NCBI GenBank assembly: GCA_038078835.1
Contig: JBBTQI010000003.1
Span: forward strand, 2,196-66,195
DNA length: 64,000 bases
Source: Patescibacteria group bacterium
GTDB taxonomy: Bacteria; Patescibacteriota; UBA1384; XYA2-FULL-43-10; 1-14-0-10-43-13
Reading direction: 5' to 3'
Each line of letters begins with the position of its first letter. The stretch's first letter is position 1. Positions 26,598-36,018 of the stretch are shown one piece after another. A program made the position numbers and the translations under genes. A model generated the notes under the pieces. The model was not told the DNA's origin. It saw only the letters and a list, made by a program, of their open reading frames with translations, and ran no database searches.

Positions 26598-27740
26598 ATG
26601 ACCGAATTGGAAAAAATTCACTCTGTTGAAGATTATTTCACCACGATCGTTCCGCCGGAGCGAGGCGGGGTCTTGCAGGAAAAATGGCAAGAGTTGCGTG
26701 CGACGGGCAAGATCGATGTTGAGAGTTTAGGCAAGATACCCGATAGCGAGGGACGATTTAGGGTTGTTGAGGCTCTGGCTTCCTTGATTGAAAAAGGTAA
26801 GATCAATGCAGAGGATATCTCCGACCTGATTGAATCCTTCGGCTACGAAGAGAGGAGTTCTATAAATTACAACGGTGCTCATGGCGTGGCCGGATTTTAC
26901 AGCGGCCACGTTCGGGTTCATAACAAGCTTTTTGAGCGCTACGCCGAGGGAGAATTTGCCGGGCAATATCGGCATGAACTCGATCACAATATCGCCCACG
27001 AGATCGCCCACGCCATCATCGAATATGCCGACAAAAGTGAGAATATTCAACTCGCCGCCACTGAAGGATTGGAGACCGAAGTAGAAACCCCTCTCGAGTT
27101 AATTGCAGAAGCTTTAGGAGGCATTGACATTGATGCCGAGTCAATCACTGTGCAGGAAACAAAAGGTGCTCCGGCCGTCAACCGAAAAGAGCGCTTGGCT
27201 GAGGCCTTGGCAGTCTATATCGCTTCCGGCGGAGAAGAAAACGAATTTTTAAGGCGGCGGATCAGTCTTATCCAAAAAGATCATCTGGAAACATTCTTTG
27301 TCGCGCCAGCAAGCAAAGAGCTGAGTTTGACTAACACAATTGCTCAGGCAACCGAAAGAGGAAGAGTATTAATCGCATCGACAAAAGCACTTTTTCAAGC
27401 CATAGACGACAATTGGGAGAGACTAAAAGCCGGCGCTAAATCCGCCGCTCAAGGCGATACTGAGATCGACGGCATCTTTGATCTCTGGGGTCCCGAGAGT
27501 CAGCTAAGCGACTTGACTCAAGCGGCAACATTTTCTCCGGCCGCATCAGCACCGTCTCAACAACCAACGGCACCGGCCGAAAATAAAGCCGCCGGACAGT
27601 CTGGCCGGAAAACAAACTCCATTAGCCATCTTCCCGGCGAAAAGGCGGGGCATTCAAACGAAGTACTAAGCGCCTTGGGGGGATTACTTAAATCTTTTGA
27701 GGAGATAAATCCGATAAAAATTACACCGGCCAGTGTTTAG
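26598..27740 (+). CDS. Hypothetical protein with an HExxH-like motif (possible zinc-metallopeptidase fold)
   Basis: YRHELDHNIAHEIAHAII contains HEIAH. The Ser/Ala/Pro-rich C-terminus is low complexity. Confidence 0.4.
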   Translation: MTELEKIHSVEDYFTTIVPPERGGVLQEKWQELRATGKIDVESLGKIPDSEGRFRVVEALASLIEKGKINAEDISDLIESFGYEERSSINYNGAHGVAGFYSGHVRVHNKLFERYAEGEFAGQYRHELDHNIAHEIAHAIIEYADKSENIQLAATEGLETEVETPLELIAEALGGIDIDAESITVQETKGAPAVNRKERLAEALAVYIASGGEENEFLRRRISLIQKDHLETFFVAPASKELSLTNTIAQATERGRVLIASTKALFQAIDDNWERLKAGAKSAAQGDTEIDGIFDLWGPESQLSDLTQAATFSPAASAPSQQPTAPAENKAAGQSGRKTNSISHLPGEKAGHSNEVLSALGGLLKSFEEINPIKITPASV

Positions 27741-27986
27741 GGGGCGGCATTGCGGAGCGAAATACGTCCTCTCGCCAAAACCAAACGTCCGGATTTTTTG
27801 GCGCTTCTGCTCAAGTGCCCGAGGGCAATACCTGAACTTAAATTGTAGCAACTAACGATAGCCGGACAGAAACCCTACTGTCAAGAGCGAGTAAGCACAA
27901 ATCAACGAGGCCGCCGGTATCAACACCGTCACGTCAAAATGAACCCATAGACATCACATCCGGAAAACGCACTAAAACTATCATTA

Positions 27987-28036
27987 CCCTCACCCTAAAC
28001 CCTCTCCCTTTCGGGGAGAGGGAATAAGAGGGAGTG
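27987..28036. repeat. REP-like palindromic element, family 1, intergenic copy
   Basis: ccctcaccctaaaccctctccctttcggggagagggaataagagggagtg. Confidence 0.6.
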
Positions 28037-28069
28037 CGACCCTGTTGTATGACACCTGTGGTTACTCCC

Positions 28070-28099
28070 TTGACAAATTGGCAGCAAAATTGATATAAT
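28070..28099 (+). promoter_or_regulatory. Putative sigma70 promoter TTGACA-N18-TATAAT upstream of abiEi
   Basis: ttgaca at 28070-28075 and tataat at 28094-28099. Confidence 0.4.
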
Positions 28100-28128
28100 T
28101 TCATTAGATTATTAAAAATGATAATTTA

Positions 28129-28749
28129 ATGAAATACAATCAGCTCAGATTACAGATAAACAAGCCTTATTTCACGCTGGACGATCTGCGCTTGCGGGGA
28201 CTCAAGGTTTACAGCTACCAATTTTCTCTTTGGCAAAAAAGGGGATATATTAAACAGCTCAAGCGCGGCACATATGTCTTTGCGGACAAAGAGGACGAAC
28301 TAGCACCCCCCGAGATCTCCTTTCTTCTCTATCAGCCGAGCTATCTGAGCTTAGAAACAGCGCTAAACCATTATGGGCTGATTCCCGAGATCGTTCAGGC
28401 TCAAACCGCCGTCACCGCCAAAATCAATCGCCGCTTTAAAAACTCTTACGGTTCTTTTATTTATCGGCACTTGAAACCCTCTCTTTTTTTCGGCTACACC
28501 CCCGCGCAGACAAAATACGGAAAATATTTGCTGGCCGAACCGGAAAAGGCCCTGCTTGATTATCTGTATCTAAATTTGGGAAAAATAAATACCCAAAATG
28601 ATATCGAAAACTTGCGCCTGAATTGCCAAATCCTGCGAGAAATCATCACCAAAGGGAAACTTGACCGCTATCTTAAAATATTTGATAGCCGGAAACTCAA
28701 TCGAACAATTAACCAACTCTTAAGGCAATGCTCACCTACGAACAGCTGA
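28129..28749 (+). CDS. AbiEi-family antitoxin / transcriptional regulator (type IV TA system, abortive infection)
   Basis: N-terminal FTLDDLRLRGLKVYSYQFSLWQKRGYIKQLKRGTYVF (AbiEi_4-like wHTH). Overlaps the downstream toxin gene. Confidence 0.7.
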   Translation: MKYNQLRLQINKPYFTLDDLRLRGLKVYSYQFSLWQKRGYIKQLKRGTYVFADKEDELAPPEISFLLYQPSYLSLETALNHYGLIPEIVQAQTAVTAKINRRFKNSYGSFIYRHLKPSLFFGYTPAQTKYGKYLLAEPEKALLDYLYLNLGKINTQNDIENLRLNCQILREIITKGKLDRYLKIFDSRKLNRTINQLLRQCSPTNS

Positions 28750-29504
28750 AAAAATATTATTCCGATGGTCTAGCCGCTAAAATGCCGAAAAATATTTTAG
28801 TGGAGTATCTTCAGTATGAACTTCTTGACTCCCTCTTTAAACAAAAGAGGAGCGAGTTGCTGGTATTTATCGGCGGGACAGCAATCCGAATAATTTATGG
28901 CAGCAGCCGGTTTTCCGAGGATTTGGATTTTGACAACTTTGGCCTGCCGTTTGATGAATTTGAAGAAATTGTGGACAATGCGGGAAAAGATTTAGAGTTA
29001 AAGGGGTTCTCTGCTGAATTGCGCTTTGTCGAGAAGGGCGCCTACCACTGCTATTTAAAATTCCCGGAAATCCTCTATGACAACAACCTCTCCAGCTTGC
29101 TTCAGGAAAAAGTGCTCATTCGCCTTGATACAGTTAATAAAGAGCCCTCTTATCGGCCGGTTATTCATACTCTCAACAAATTTGATGTCTTTCGCAATAT
29201 TTTGGCGGCGCCGGCAGATATTATATTGGCCCAAAAACTGATCACGATTATGGAGCGCAAAAGGGAGAAGGGGCGGGATTTTTACGATGCCAGCTTTCTC
29301 CTTGGTCTGACTAAACCTGATTTTCTCTACATCAAAAAGACGACCGGACTAGCCCAGGATGAATTTGGGGGGAAATTTTTGGAACGTTTGAATCAGCTTG
29401 ATTTCAACTTTTTGGCCAAGGATGTGGAACCGTTTCTGGCCGCCCCGGAACAGTCGGAGCGGATTAAAAACTTTAAAGACTTTGTCGTCCCCCGCCTCCG
29501 CTAA
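28728..29504 (+). CDS. AbiEii/AbiGii-family nucleotidyltransferase toxin (DUF1814)
   Basis: LVFIGGTAIRIIYGSSRFSEDLDFDNF signature of the AbiEii nucleotidyltransferase fold. Confidence 0.75.
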   Translation: MLTYEQLKKYYSDGLAAKMPKNILVEYLQYELLDSLFKQKRSELLVFIGGTAIRIIYGSSRFSEDLDFDNFGLPFDEFEEIVDNAGKDLELKGFSAELRFVEKGAYHCYLKFPEILYDNNLSSLLQEKVLIRLDTVNKEPSYRPVIHTLNKFDVFRNILAAPADIILAQKLITIMERKREKGRDFYDASFLLGLTKPDFLYIKKTTGLAQDEFGGKFLERLNQLDFNFLAKDVEPFLAAPEQSERIKNFKDFVVPRLR

Positions 29505-29520
29505 ACTGTGGCGAGCGGTT

Positions 29521-29549
29521 TTGTTTTGCGTCGAGCGTTTTGCTATAAT
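29521..29549 (+). promoter_or_regulatory. Putative sigma70 promoter TTGTTT-N17-TATAAT upstream of prgI-like gene
   Basis: ttgttt at 29521-29526 and tataat at 29544-29549; GAGGGGAA ribosome-binding site before the ATG at 29581. Confidence 0.45.
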
Positions 29550-29580
29550 CAAACAAGCAGGCTAATTAAGTTGAGGGGAA

Positions 29581-29976
29581 ATGCGCTATAAGGTACCGCA
29601 AAATATTGATATGCAGGACCGGATTTTAGGACCACTAACAATGGTCCAGTTTCTCTATGCCATCATTGGCGGCGGCCTCTGCTACTCCATCTTTATGACC
29701 GTCCCTCGGCCACTCTCTTATGTTTTTGTTGTGCCGCTCGCCCTTTTTACCTTTGCCCTAAGCTTTCTTAAGGTGAACGAGCGGCCATTCTTGGACTTCT
29801 TTCTAGCCGCCATCAACTACTATTCAACCCCCAAAAAGCGGATCTGGCACCACCATGCTGCCGATAACCTCAGTGTCACGATCTTTGAAGCGAAAGCAAA
29901 GAAGAGCGAGGTGCAAACTAAACATATTTCTCACGAGAAGATTGAAGAACTGGCCGGCAAATTAGACCAAACATAA
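29581..29976 (+). CDS. PrgI-family protein (VirB3-like T4SS inner-membrane component)
   Basis: MRYKVPQNIDMQDRILGPLTMVQFLYAIIGGGLCYSIF... then a second TM helix; matches the PrgI family N-terminal pattern. Confidence 0.65.
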   Translation: MRYKVPQNIDMQDRILGPLTMVQFLYAIIGGGLCYSIFMTVPRPLSYVFVVPLALFTFALSFLKVNERPFLDFFLAAINYYSTPKKRIWHHHAADNLSVTIFEAKAKKSEVQTKHISHEKIEELAGKLDQT

Positions 29977-30130
29977 CCAAAGTCAAAATTCAAATGTCAA
30001 ATGTCAAAATGATAAAGGATAAACACAGGGCAATAAGGCTGTAGTGCTAGTAAGGCAGTAGAGTATTTATGGCAGCCCTATTGCTTTACAGGCTTTACTT
30101 GCTTATTATTCGATATTCGGATTTTACAAA

Positions 30131-31189
30131 ATGTCCCAATTTTCAACTCAACAATCAATCGACATTGCCGGGATTAAGGAGGGTGTCGTCATCCTCAAGA
30201 ATGGCGGCTACCGCCTGATCTTTTCGGTGGCGGCAATTAACTTTGCCCTAAAGAGCGAGCAGGAACAGAACTCGATTATTTTCCAGTACCAAAGCTTTTT
30301 AAACTCCCTTCACTTCCCCATTCAGATCGTGATGAGATCCAAGCGTTTAGACCTCGACCCGTATTTGCAAAAAGTCTCCAAGCTGGCCGGAGATCAGCAA
30401 AACGAGTTATTGCGAATTCAAACTGAGGATTACGTCGACTTTGTCGGCAAACTCATCAATATCGCCAACATTATGAAAAAGACCTTCTACGCCGTCATCC
30501 CCTACCAGCCCCTCTCTCTCCAAAACACGGGCGCTCTGGGCAAACTGTTCCGGCGAGAAAAAACGGTGACAGAGCTTAAGATCTCTGAAACGGAGTTCAA
30601 TCATAATATCCAGGAGCTTAAACAGCGCGCCGGCGTTGTCGCCAGCGGCCTGGGCTCGATGGGCCTGCGCTGTGTTCAGCTCTCAACCGAGGAGGTCATT
30701 GAGCTCTTTTATCAAGTCTACAACCCCGAAGAAGCCGGAACGGAGAGAGTCAGCGATGCCGAGAGCCTGACCTCGCCCGTTGTCATTCACAAAAGCGAAG
30801 CGCCCGAAGAAGCCGGAGGTCAAAGGCCGGAAGGTGAAGGCGATAATACGGCCGAGAGCCTAAGGCCGAAGGCCGAAGGGGGTCAAGCTGAAGGCGAAAG
30901 GCCGGAGGCTGAAAGCCAAAGAGAAGAGGTAATTGACAATTCGGCCTCGGTACTGGCGCAACAAAAAGAACAAGCTATGCTCCACCGCCAGGAGATGATG
31001 AAGGAGGGAGAGCGCAATATAGCCCAAGGCCAAAGGCCGGAGGCTGAAGACGACAACACCCCCAATCCGCCACCGGCAACGCCCGAACCAATAACTCAAA
31101 CGCCGAATCAAACCACTACTCAAACAAATCAGCCCGACAACTCGAACCCCGAGGAACAGGATGAAACCCAACAGCACAAGCCCCAATAA
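30131..31189 (+). CDS. VirB4/TraC-family ATPase, N-terminal fragment (split gene) with a low-complexity repeat-derived tail
   Basis: DIAGIKEGVVILKNGGYRLIFSVAAINFALKSEQEQNSIIFQYQSFLNSLHFPIQIVMRS matches the VirB4 N-terminus of Gram-positive conjugation systems. The C-terminal ~130 aa (EAPEEAGGQRPEGEGDNTAESLRPKAEGGQAEGERPEAE...) are encoded by family-2 repeats at 30812-30918 and 31021-31048. Confidence 0.55.
   Translation: MSQFSTQQSIDIAGIKEGVVILKNGGYRLIFSVAAINFALKSEQEQNSIIFQYQSFLNSLHFPIQIVMRSKRLDLDPYLQKVSKLAGDQQNELLRIQTEDYVDFVGKLINIANIMKKTFYAVIPYQPLSLQNTGALGKLFRREKTVTELKISETEFNHNIQELKQRAGVVASGLGSMGLRCVQLSTEEVIELFYQVYNPEEAGTERVSDAESLTSPVVIHKSEAPEEAGGQRPEGEGDNTAESLRPKAEGGQAEGERPEAESQREEVIDNSASVLAQQKEQAMLHRQEMMKEGERNIAQGQRPEAEDDNTPNPPPATPEPITQTPNQTTTQTNQPDNSNPEEQDETQQHKPQ
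30812..30918. repeat. GC-rich palindromic element, family 2, inside the virB4 N-terminal fragment
   Basis: ggaggtcaaaggccggaaggtgaaggc...gcctaaggccgaaggccgaaggg...gaaaggccggaggctgaaagcc. Confidence 0.55.
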
Positions 31190-31592
31190 AGGCTCCCTCC
31201 AATCCCCTCTCCTCCGAGAGGAGAGGGTGAGGGTGAGGAGAAAATTAAGAGTTAACTCAACTCCAGCTGAACAGATAATCTGGCACAAAATAAGATCAAG
31301 ACAATTAAACAACCTGAAGTTTCGGCGGCAACATCACTTTGGAAAATATATCGCCGATTTCTATTGCCCAGAGAAGAAATTGGTAATCGAGATCGATGGT
31401 GATGTTCATGATTTAGAATGTCAGAGAGAGCACGATAAAAAAAGAGGCCATTATTTAACGAGCTTAGGTTTGCGTGTCTTACACATTACCAATGATGAAG
31501 TGAGAAATAATCTTACAGGAGTACTAGAAAGCATCTTGCTGCAACCCCATCCCTCACCCCAACCCTCTCCCTTAAAAAGGGGGAGGGAGTAA
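31161..31592 (+). CDS. DUF559-family endonuclease-domain protein (Vsr/restriction-endonuclease-like fold) inserted between the two virB4 halves
   Basis: RKLRVNSTPAEQIIWHKIRSRQLNNLKFRRQHHFGKYIADFYCPEKKLVIEIDGDVHD...LGLRVLHITNDEV matches the DUF559 consensus. It is flanked by family-1 palindromes at 31194-31228 and 31551-31592. A likely alternative GTG start lies near 31231. Confidence 0.65.
   Translation: MKPNSTSPNKGSLQSPLLREERVRVRRKLRVNSTPAEQIIWHKIRSRQLNNLKFRRQHHFGKYIADFYCPEKKLVIEIDGDVHDLECQREHDKKRGHYLTSLGLRVLHITNDEVRNNLTGVLESILLQPHPSPQPSPLKRGRE
31194..31228. repeat. REP-like palindromic element, family 1, left flank of the DUF559 cassette
   Basis: tcccctctcctccgagaggagagggtgagggtgagg. Confidence 0.6.
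31551..31592. repeat. REP-like palindromic element, family 1, right flank of the DUF559 cassette
   Basis: tccctcaccccaaccctctcccttaaaaagggggagggag; encodes the DUF559 C-terminal tail HPSPQPSPLKRGRE. Confidence 0.6.
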
Positions 31593-31602
31593 TAAGGTTT
31601 AT

Positions 31603-33441
31603 ATGGCAAATCCAGCTGATCAAAATATGACCGCCTCTCCGGATGCGCGAACGATTGCCCAAAGCAATGTCGAGGCGAGAGAAAAAGCATCCAAACTCGC
31701 CTTTTGGAAACAGAACGGCGAGGATTTCTCGCGGGGCGCAACCTCCGTCCGCGATATCATCGCGCCGGCCGCCTTTGTTGTGAACTCAAACTACCTTCAG
31801 ATCGGTCCGCACTATGCCCGCACCCTCTTTGTCTTTACCTATCCCCGCTACCTCGAAACCAACTGGCTCTCGCCCATTATTAATTACGATATTACCGTCG
31901 ATATGGGAATGTACATCCATCCGCTCGAGTCCAAGGATGTAATGCACCAGTTAAAGACCCAGGTCGGCAAACTTGAGTCGACGATGATGATCGAACAGGA
32001 GAAGGGCCAGCCGCGCGACCCGGAGATCGAAACGGCTCTCGGCGACGTTGAGGCCCTACGCGACGTCCTCCAGCGCGGCGAGGTCCGCCTCTTTCAGTTC
32101 GGGCTCTATTTTACACTCTACGCCAAGTCGCTCGAGGAGCTAAAAACCATGACTGAGCAGCTTGAATCTACCCTCGGCGGTCTCCTTATCTACACCAAAG
32201 AGTCGCTCTTTCAGATGGAGCAGGGTTTTACCGCCACCCTGCCCTTAATGCACGACAAACTGGAGATCCTGCGCAACCTTGACACCAGCTCTCTCTCCTC
32301 CACCTTCCCCTTCACCTCCTCTGAGCTGACCCAGGACGACGGCATCCTCTACGGCATCAACCGCCACAACAATTCGCTGATAATATTCGACCGGTTTCAT
32401 CTTGAGAATGCCAACAGCGTCGTCTTTGCCAAATCCGGTTCGGGTAAATCTTACTTTGTCAAGCTTGAAGCCCTGCGTTACCTGATGCTTGGCACCGATA
32501 TCATCATCGTCGACCCGGAGAAGGAGTACAAAACGCTCTGCGATGCCATCGGCGGCAGTTACCTTGACATCTCTCTTAACTCTGATAAACGGATAAACCC
32601 CTTTGATCTGCCCCTGAATCCCAAAGCGGAGGCCAATGAGACGGGCGAGGATGTCCTCCGCTCCAACATCGCCTCCCTTCACGGCCTGATTAATCTGATG
32701 GGCGGCGGCCTCTCGCCGGAGGAAGACGCGATCGTCGACAAGGCGCTCTACGAAACCTATGCCCTAAAGGATATTACCGCCGACCCGGAGAGCCAGAAGA
32801 ACGAACCGCCTCTGCTTCAGGATTTCTACAACGTTCTGGGCAATATGCAGGGCACCGACTCTCTCCGCGCCAAGCTCTCCAAATACACCGAGGGCTCCTT
32901 TGCCTCCCTCTACAACCAGCCGACCAACTTTGAATTGAAGCCCGGTATGGTCGTCTTCTCTGTGCGCGATCTGGAGGAACAGCTCCGTCCCCTGGCGATG
33001 TATATGATCTTAAACTATATCTGGACCAAGATCCGCCAAAATATGCGGCGGCGGATTATGATTATCGATGAAGCCTGGTGGATGATGCAGTTTGAAGATT
33101 CGGCCAAATTCCTTCACGGCCTGGCTAAGCGGGGCCGGAAGTATTACCTGGGCCTGACGATTATCAGCCAGGATGTCGAGGACTTTCTGGGTTCGCGCTA
33201 CGGCAAGGCGGTGGTGGCCAACTCCTCGATGCAGATCCTGATGAAACAGTCCACGGCGTCGATTGACGTTGTCGCCGATGTCTTTAACCTGACCGAGGGG
33301 GAAAAGTACCTCCTGCTCGAATCTGACGTCGGCGAGGGGCTCTTCTTTGCCGGCCTGAATCACGTCGCCGTCAAAGTCGTCGCCTCTTACGCCGAGGATC
33401 AGATCATCACCACCGATCCGAAGCAATTACTCGGAGAGTAA
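31603..33441 (+). CDS. virB4: VirB4/TraC/CagE-family T4SS ATPase, C-terminal (ATPase) portion
   Basis: Walker A VVFAKSGSGKSYF, Walker B-like RIMIIDEAWWMM, and a mid-region DIIAPAAFVVNSNYLQIGPHYARTLFVFTYPRYLETNWLSP typical of VirB4. Confidence 0.8.
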   Translation: MANPADQNMTASPDARTIAQSNVEAREKASKLAFWKQNGEDFSRGATSVRDIIAPAAFVVNSNYLQIGPHYARTLFVFTYPRYLETNWLSPIINYDITVDMGMYIHPLESKDVMHQLKTQVGKLESTMMIEQEKGQPRDPEIETALGDVEALRDVLQRGEVRLFQFGLYFTLYAKSLEELKTMTEQLESTLGGLLIYTKESLFQMEQGFTATLPLMHDKLEILRNLDTSSLSSTFPFTSSELTQDDGILYGINRHNNSLIIFDRFHLENANSVVFAKSGSGKSYFVKLEALRYLMLGTDIIIVDPEKEYKTLCDAIGGSYLDISLNSDKRINPFDLPLNPKAEANETGEDVLRSNIASLHGLINLMGGGLSPEEDAIVDKALYETYALKDITADPESQKNEPPLLQDFYNVLGNMQGTDSLRAKLSKYTEGSFASLYNQPTNFELKPGMVVFSVRDLEEQLRPLAMYMILNYIWTKIRQNMRRRIMIIDEAWWMMQFEDSAKFLHGLAKRGRKYYLGLTIISQDVEDFLGSRYGKAVVANSSMQILMKQSTASIDVVADVFNLTEGEKYLLLESDVGEGLFFAGLNHVAVKVVASYAEDQIITTDPKQLLGE

Positions 33442-33497
33442 CATTGCCGAAGGCTGAAGGCCTAAAATAGTCGCCTTCGGCCTCAAGCAAATTATTA

Positions 33498-34748
33498 ATG
33501 TCTGAAAAACCAAACCAAAATCCTGTCGAGCCGAATCAAACAGTTGAGAACACAACTGAAGTTAAAAACACCGGTCTTTCCATAAAGACAATTTTGATAG
33601 TGGCTATCTGCTCATTCCTGCTCCTCTTTGGCGGCGGAGCCGCCATCGCCGTCCCCCTCGCCTTCCTCGGTCTCGTCGATCCCGGCGAACCCTCACCGCT
33701 TGCGGCAAAGATTTTCGGAAGTAGTGGAGATAATAGTTGCTGGCTATCAGATGATGCATTTAAAGACACAACTACTATCACGGAGGCTGATCAAATAGCA
33801 CGACTGATGGGTAACGACAGGAGACTATCGAATCCCCCAGAACAAAAAGATCGACTTAAAGTGATCATTGATGAGTCGAGAAGAAAAGTGGTCAATGATA
33901 AACAAACCGGCATAAACCCTGCGATCTTGGTTTCTTTTTGGGCGGGAGAACAGGGTTTCAGTTATGATTCTAACGATAAATATGACCCCGATCGCGATAT
34001 GAAAGCTTTTGGTTGTAGTGTCACTGGACCAGGCGTTAACAGCTATCCGTCATTTGAAGGACAAGTAAAATGTGTCCTAGATCAAGTTCAAAATGCAATC
34101 AACAAAGAGGGAAATTATAGGGAACCGGAAATTCCCGGTACCTGGGATCGTCTAATTTATCATTATATCGGCACAGAAGATCAGAAAGTTGCGCTAAAAA
34201 CTTATGGCCATGTCACCACCGCAAGTAATACCAGGATCAAAATATTGAAGAAGCTCGTCCCCGACCAAGTCACCTGTGCGGCAATTCAAGGTGCAAGCAC
34301 ATCAAATAAAATCGTTGGTGCCGCCCGCGGGCAAGTCGGATACAAGACTCAGAAATCAGATTGTGCCATTTACAACGAAAAAACTATCGACGAGAGCCGG
34401 CAGTATCAATGGTGCGTCAGTTTTGTCTCCTGGGTCTATCGCAAAGCCGGGCATAATGTTCCTCTTATGGTCGGTACCGAAGAGATTATGAATTATTTTA
34501 AAAACGAGCAAACGTGGATCGAAAGAAAAGATATTAAATCAGCAAACGATATTAAGGCCGGAGATGTCTTAATTGAAACCAGCGCCTCGAGCAGCAGCGG
34601 CAAGCATGCCGGGATTATTGATATCGAAAACGGCCGCTATTTCACCATTGAGGGCAACACCTCAAAAGATATGGTCGAGCGTCGAGAGATCGGTGATATG
34701 AACGCTTTTGTCAGGAATCTTGTCGACCTCGGCCGGATAAAGGAGTAG
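33498..34748 (+). CDS. Membrane-anchored CHAP-domain peptidoglycan hydrolase (T4SS-associated lytic enzyme)
   Basis: N-terminal TM helix. The C-terminus has QWCVSFVSWVY (catalytic Cys) and GKHAGIIDIENGRYFTIEGNTS (catalytic His), consistent with CHAP. Confidence 0.6.
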   Translation: MSEKPNQNPVEPNQTVENTTEVKNTGLSIKTILIVAICSFLLLFGGGAAIAVPLAFLGLVDPGEPSPLAAKIFGSSGDNSCWLSDDAFKDTTTITEADQIARLMGNDRRLSNPPEQKDRLKVIIDESRRKVVNDKQTGINPAILVSFWAGEQGFSYDSNDKYDPDRDMKAFGCSVTGPGVNSYPSFEGQVKCVLDQVQNAINKEGNYREPEIPGTWDRLIYHYIGTEDQKVALKTYGHVTTASNTRIKILKKLVPDQVTCAAIQGASTSNKIVGAARGQVGYKTQKSDCAIYNEKTIDESRQYQWCVSFVSWVYRKAGHNVPLMVGTEEIMNYFKNEQTWIERKDIKSANDIKAGDVLIETSASSSSGKHAGIIDIENGRYFTIEGNTSKDMVERREIGDMNAFVRNLVDLGRIKE

Positions 34749-34749
34749 A

Positions 34750-36018
34750 ATGAAAAATGATATTTATCAATATCTGAACGCGCGGATATATTTGGCGCTC
34801 TTTGTGATGGTCTCGGCTCTCTTTGGCCTCTACTGGTTTGCGACTCACTCCTACCTCACCATCAAGGTCACGCCGCCGGACGCTATGGTCACGATCAATA
34901 ACGCGCCGGTCTCGCTCTCCGCCGCCGGCAAAATAAAACGGGCTCTCGCGCCGGGCGCCTACTCGCTTCGGATTGAGGCTGACGGCTACGTCGGCTATAT
35001 CGAGGAGGTTGCCCTCAAACGAACTCAGCGCAAAACCGTCTCGGCCAGCCTCACGGAGGCGCCAAAGGTCCAGACTCTGGCGGAATCAGCGAAATTCCTC
35101 TCCGCCGGGCCGGACTTTAACACCATCCACTATCTGGGCGATGATGGCAGAACGCTCTACCGCGCCAAGACAACACTGGAAAACGGCGAGGTCAAACTCA
35201 AAGAGCACCTCCCGATAACCGAGCCGCGGTTCTCCGGCCTTGAGGAGATTGTCTGGTCGCCCGGCAAGGAGCTGGCTCTCCTGCGCAAGAGCGAGGGCAT
35301 CTATCTCTTCGATTTTAAAAAATACGATTTTATCAATCAAACCGAGACATTGTGGGCCAAGAGCGCCGGCAGTCTTGCCTGGTCGCCGGACAACTCCAAA
35401 ATCGCCTATTATTACGCCGACGACAAGGAGAAATCATTAATCTTTACTAATATTGCCAACACCGAACCGGTACGGGTGGCTAATCTGGCCGAGATGAATA
35501 TCGTCAATCCGATTCTGCGCTGGTCGCCGGACTCCGAATGGCTCCTTGTCATACCTCGTAATACTTTTTCATACGATTTAAGCAAAGTTTATGCCTTTAA
35601 CGCCTACAGTCGCTCCTTTATCGAACTGACGGAAACGGGCAGCCAGCTTGACGCCAGCTTCTCGCCGGACGGCAACAGAATCATCTACGGCACGTATTCG
35701 GAGCTCTCCAGCAATCCCGTCACTTCTCTAATATCGATTATGGATAAAGACGGCGCAAACAAACGCTCGCTTAATTTACGCGCCGATATCAGCCGGATGG
35801 CCTGGAAAAAAGACAGTAAAACCTTAGTCGCGGCGACTTATAATCCCTCAAGTCACAAAGAGTCGCTCTTTGGCTTTGACACCGAGAAGAAGCAGAAGAT
35901 TGATTTCTCCGTTAATGCTCTTGATTCGGGTTACATCCGCACTCTGGCCATTTCTGACGACGAAAAGATCATCATTTTTGAGTCGGGGAACGGGATATAC
36001 GGCATCGCAATAGAGTAA
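34750..36018 (+). CDS. Membrane-anchored PEGA-domain plus TolB-like beta-propeller protein
   Basis: TM helix, a PEGA-like LTIKVTPPDAMVTINNAPV...GAYSLRIEADGYV, then repeated WSPD / FSPDG motifs (WSPDNSKIAYY, RWSPDSEWLLV, FSPDGNRIIYG). Confidence 0.5.
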   Translation: MKNDIYQYLNARIYLALFVMVSALFGLYWFATHSYLTIKVTPPDAMVTINNAPVSLSAAGKIKRALAPGAYSLRIEADGYVGYIEEVALKRTQRKTVSASLTEAPKVQTLAESAKFLSAGPDFNTIHYLGDDGRTLYRAKTTLENGEVKLKEHLPITEPRFSGLEEIVWSPGKELALLRKSEGIYLFDFKKYDFINQTETLWAKSAGSLAWSPDNSKIAYYYADDKEKSLIFTNIANTEPVRVANLAEMNIVNPILRWSPDSEWLLVIPRNTFSYDLSKVYAFNAYSRSFIELTETGSQLDASFSPDGNRIIYGTYSELSSNPVTSLISIMDKDGANKRSLNLRADISRMAWKKDSKTLVAATYNPSSHKESLFGFDTEKKQKIDFSVNALDSGYIRTLAISDDEKIIIFESGNGIYGIAIE

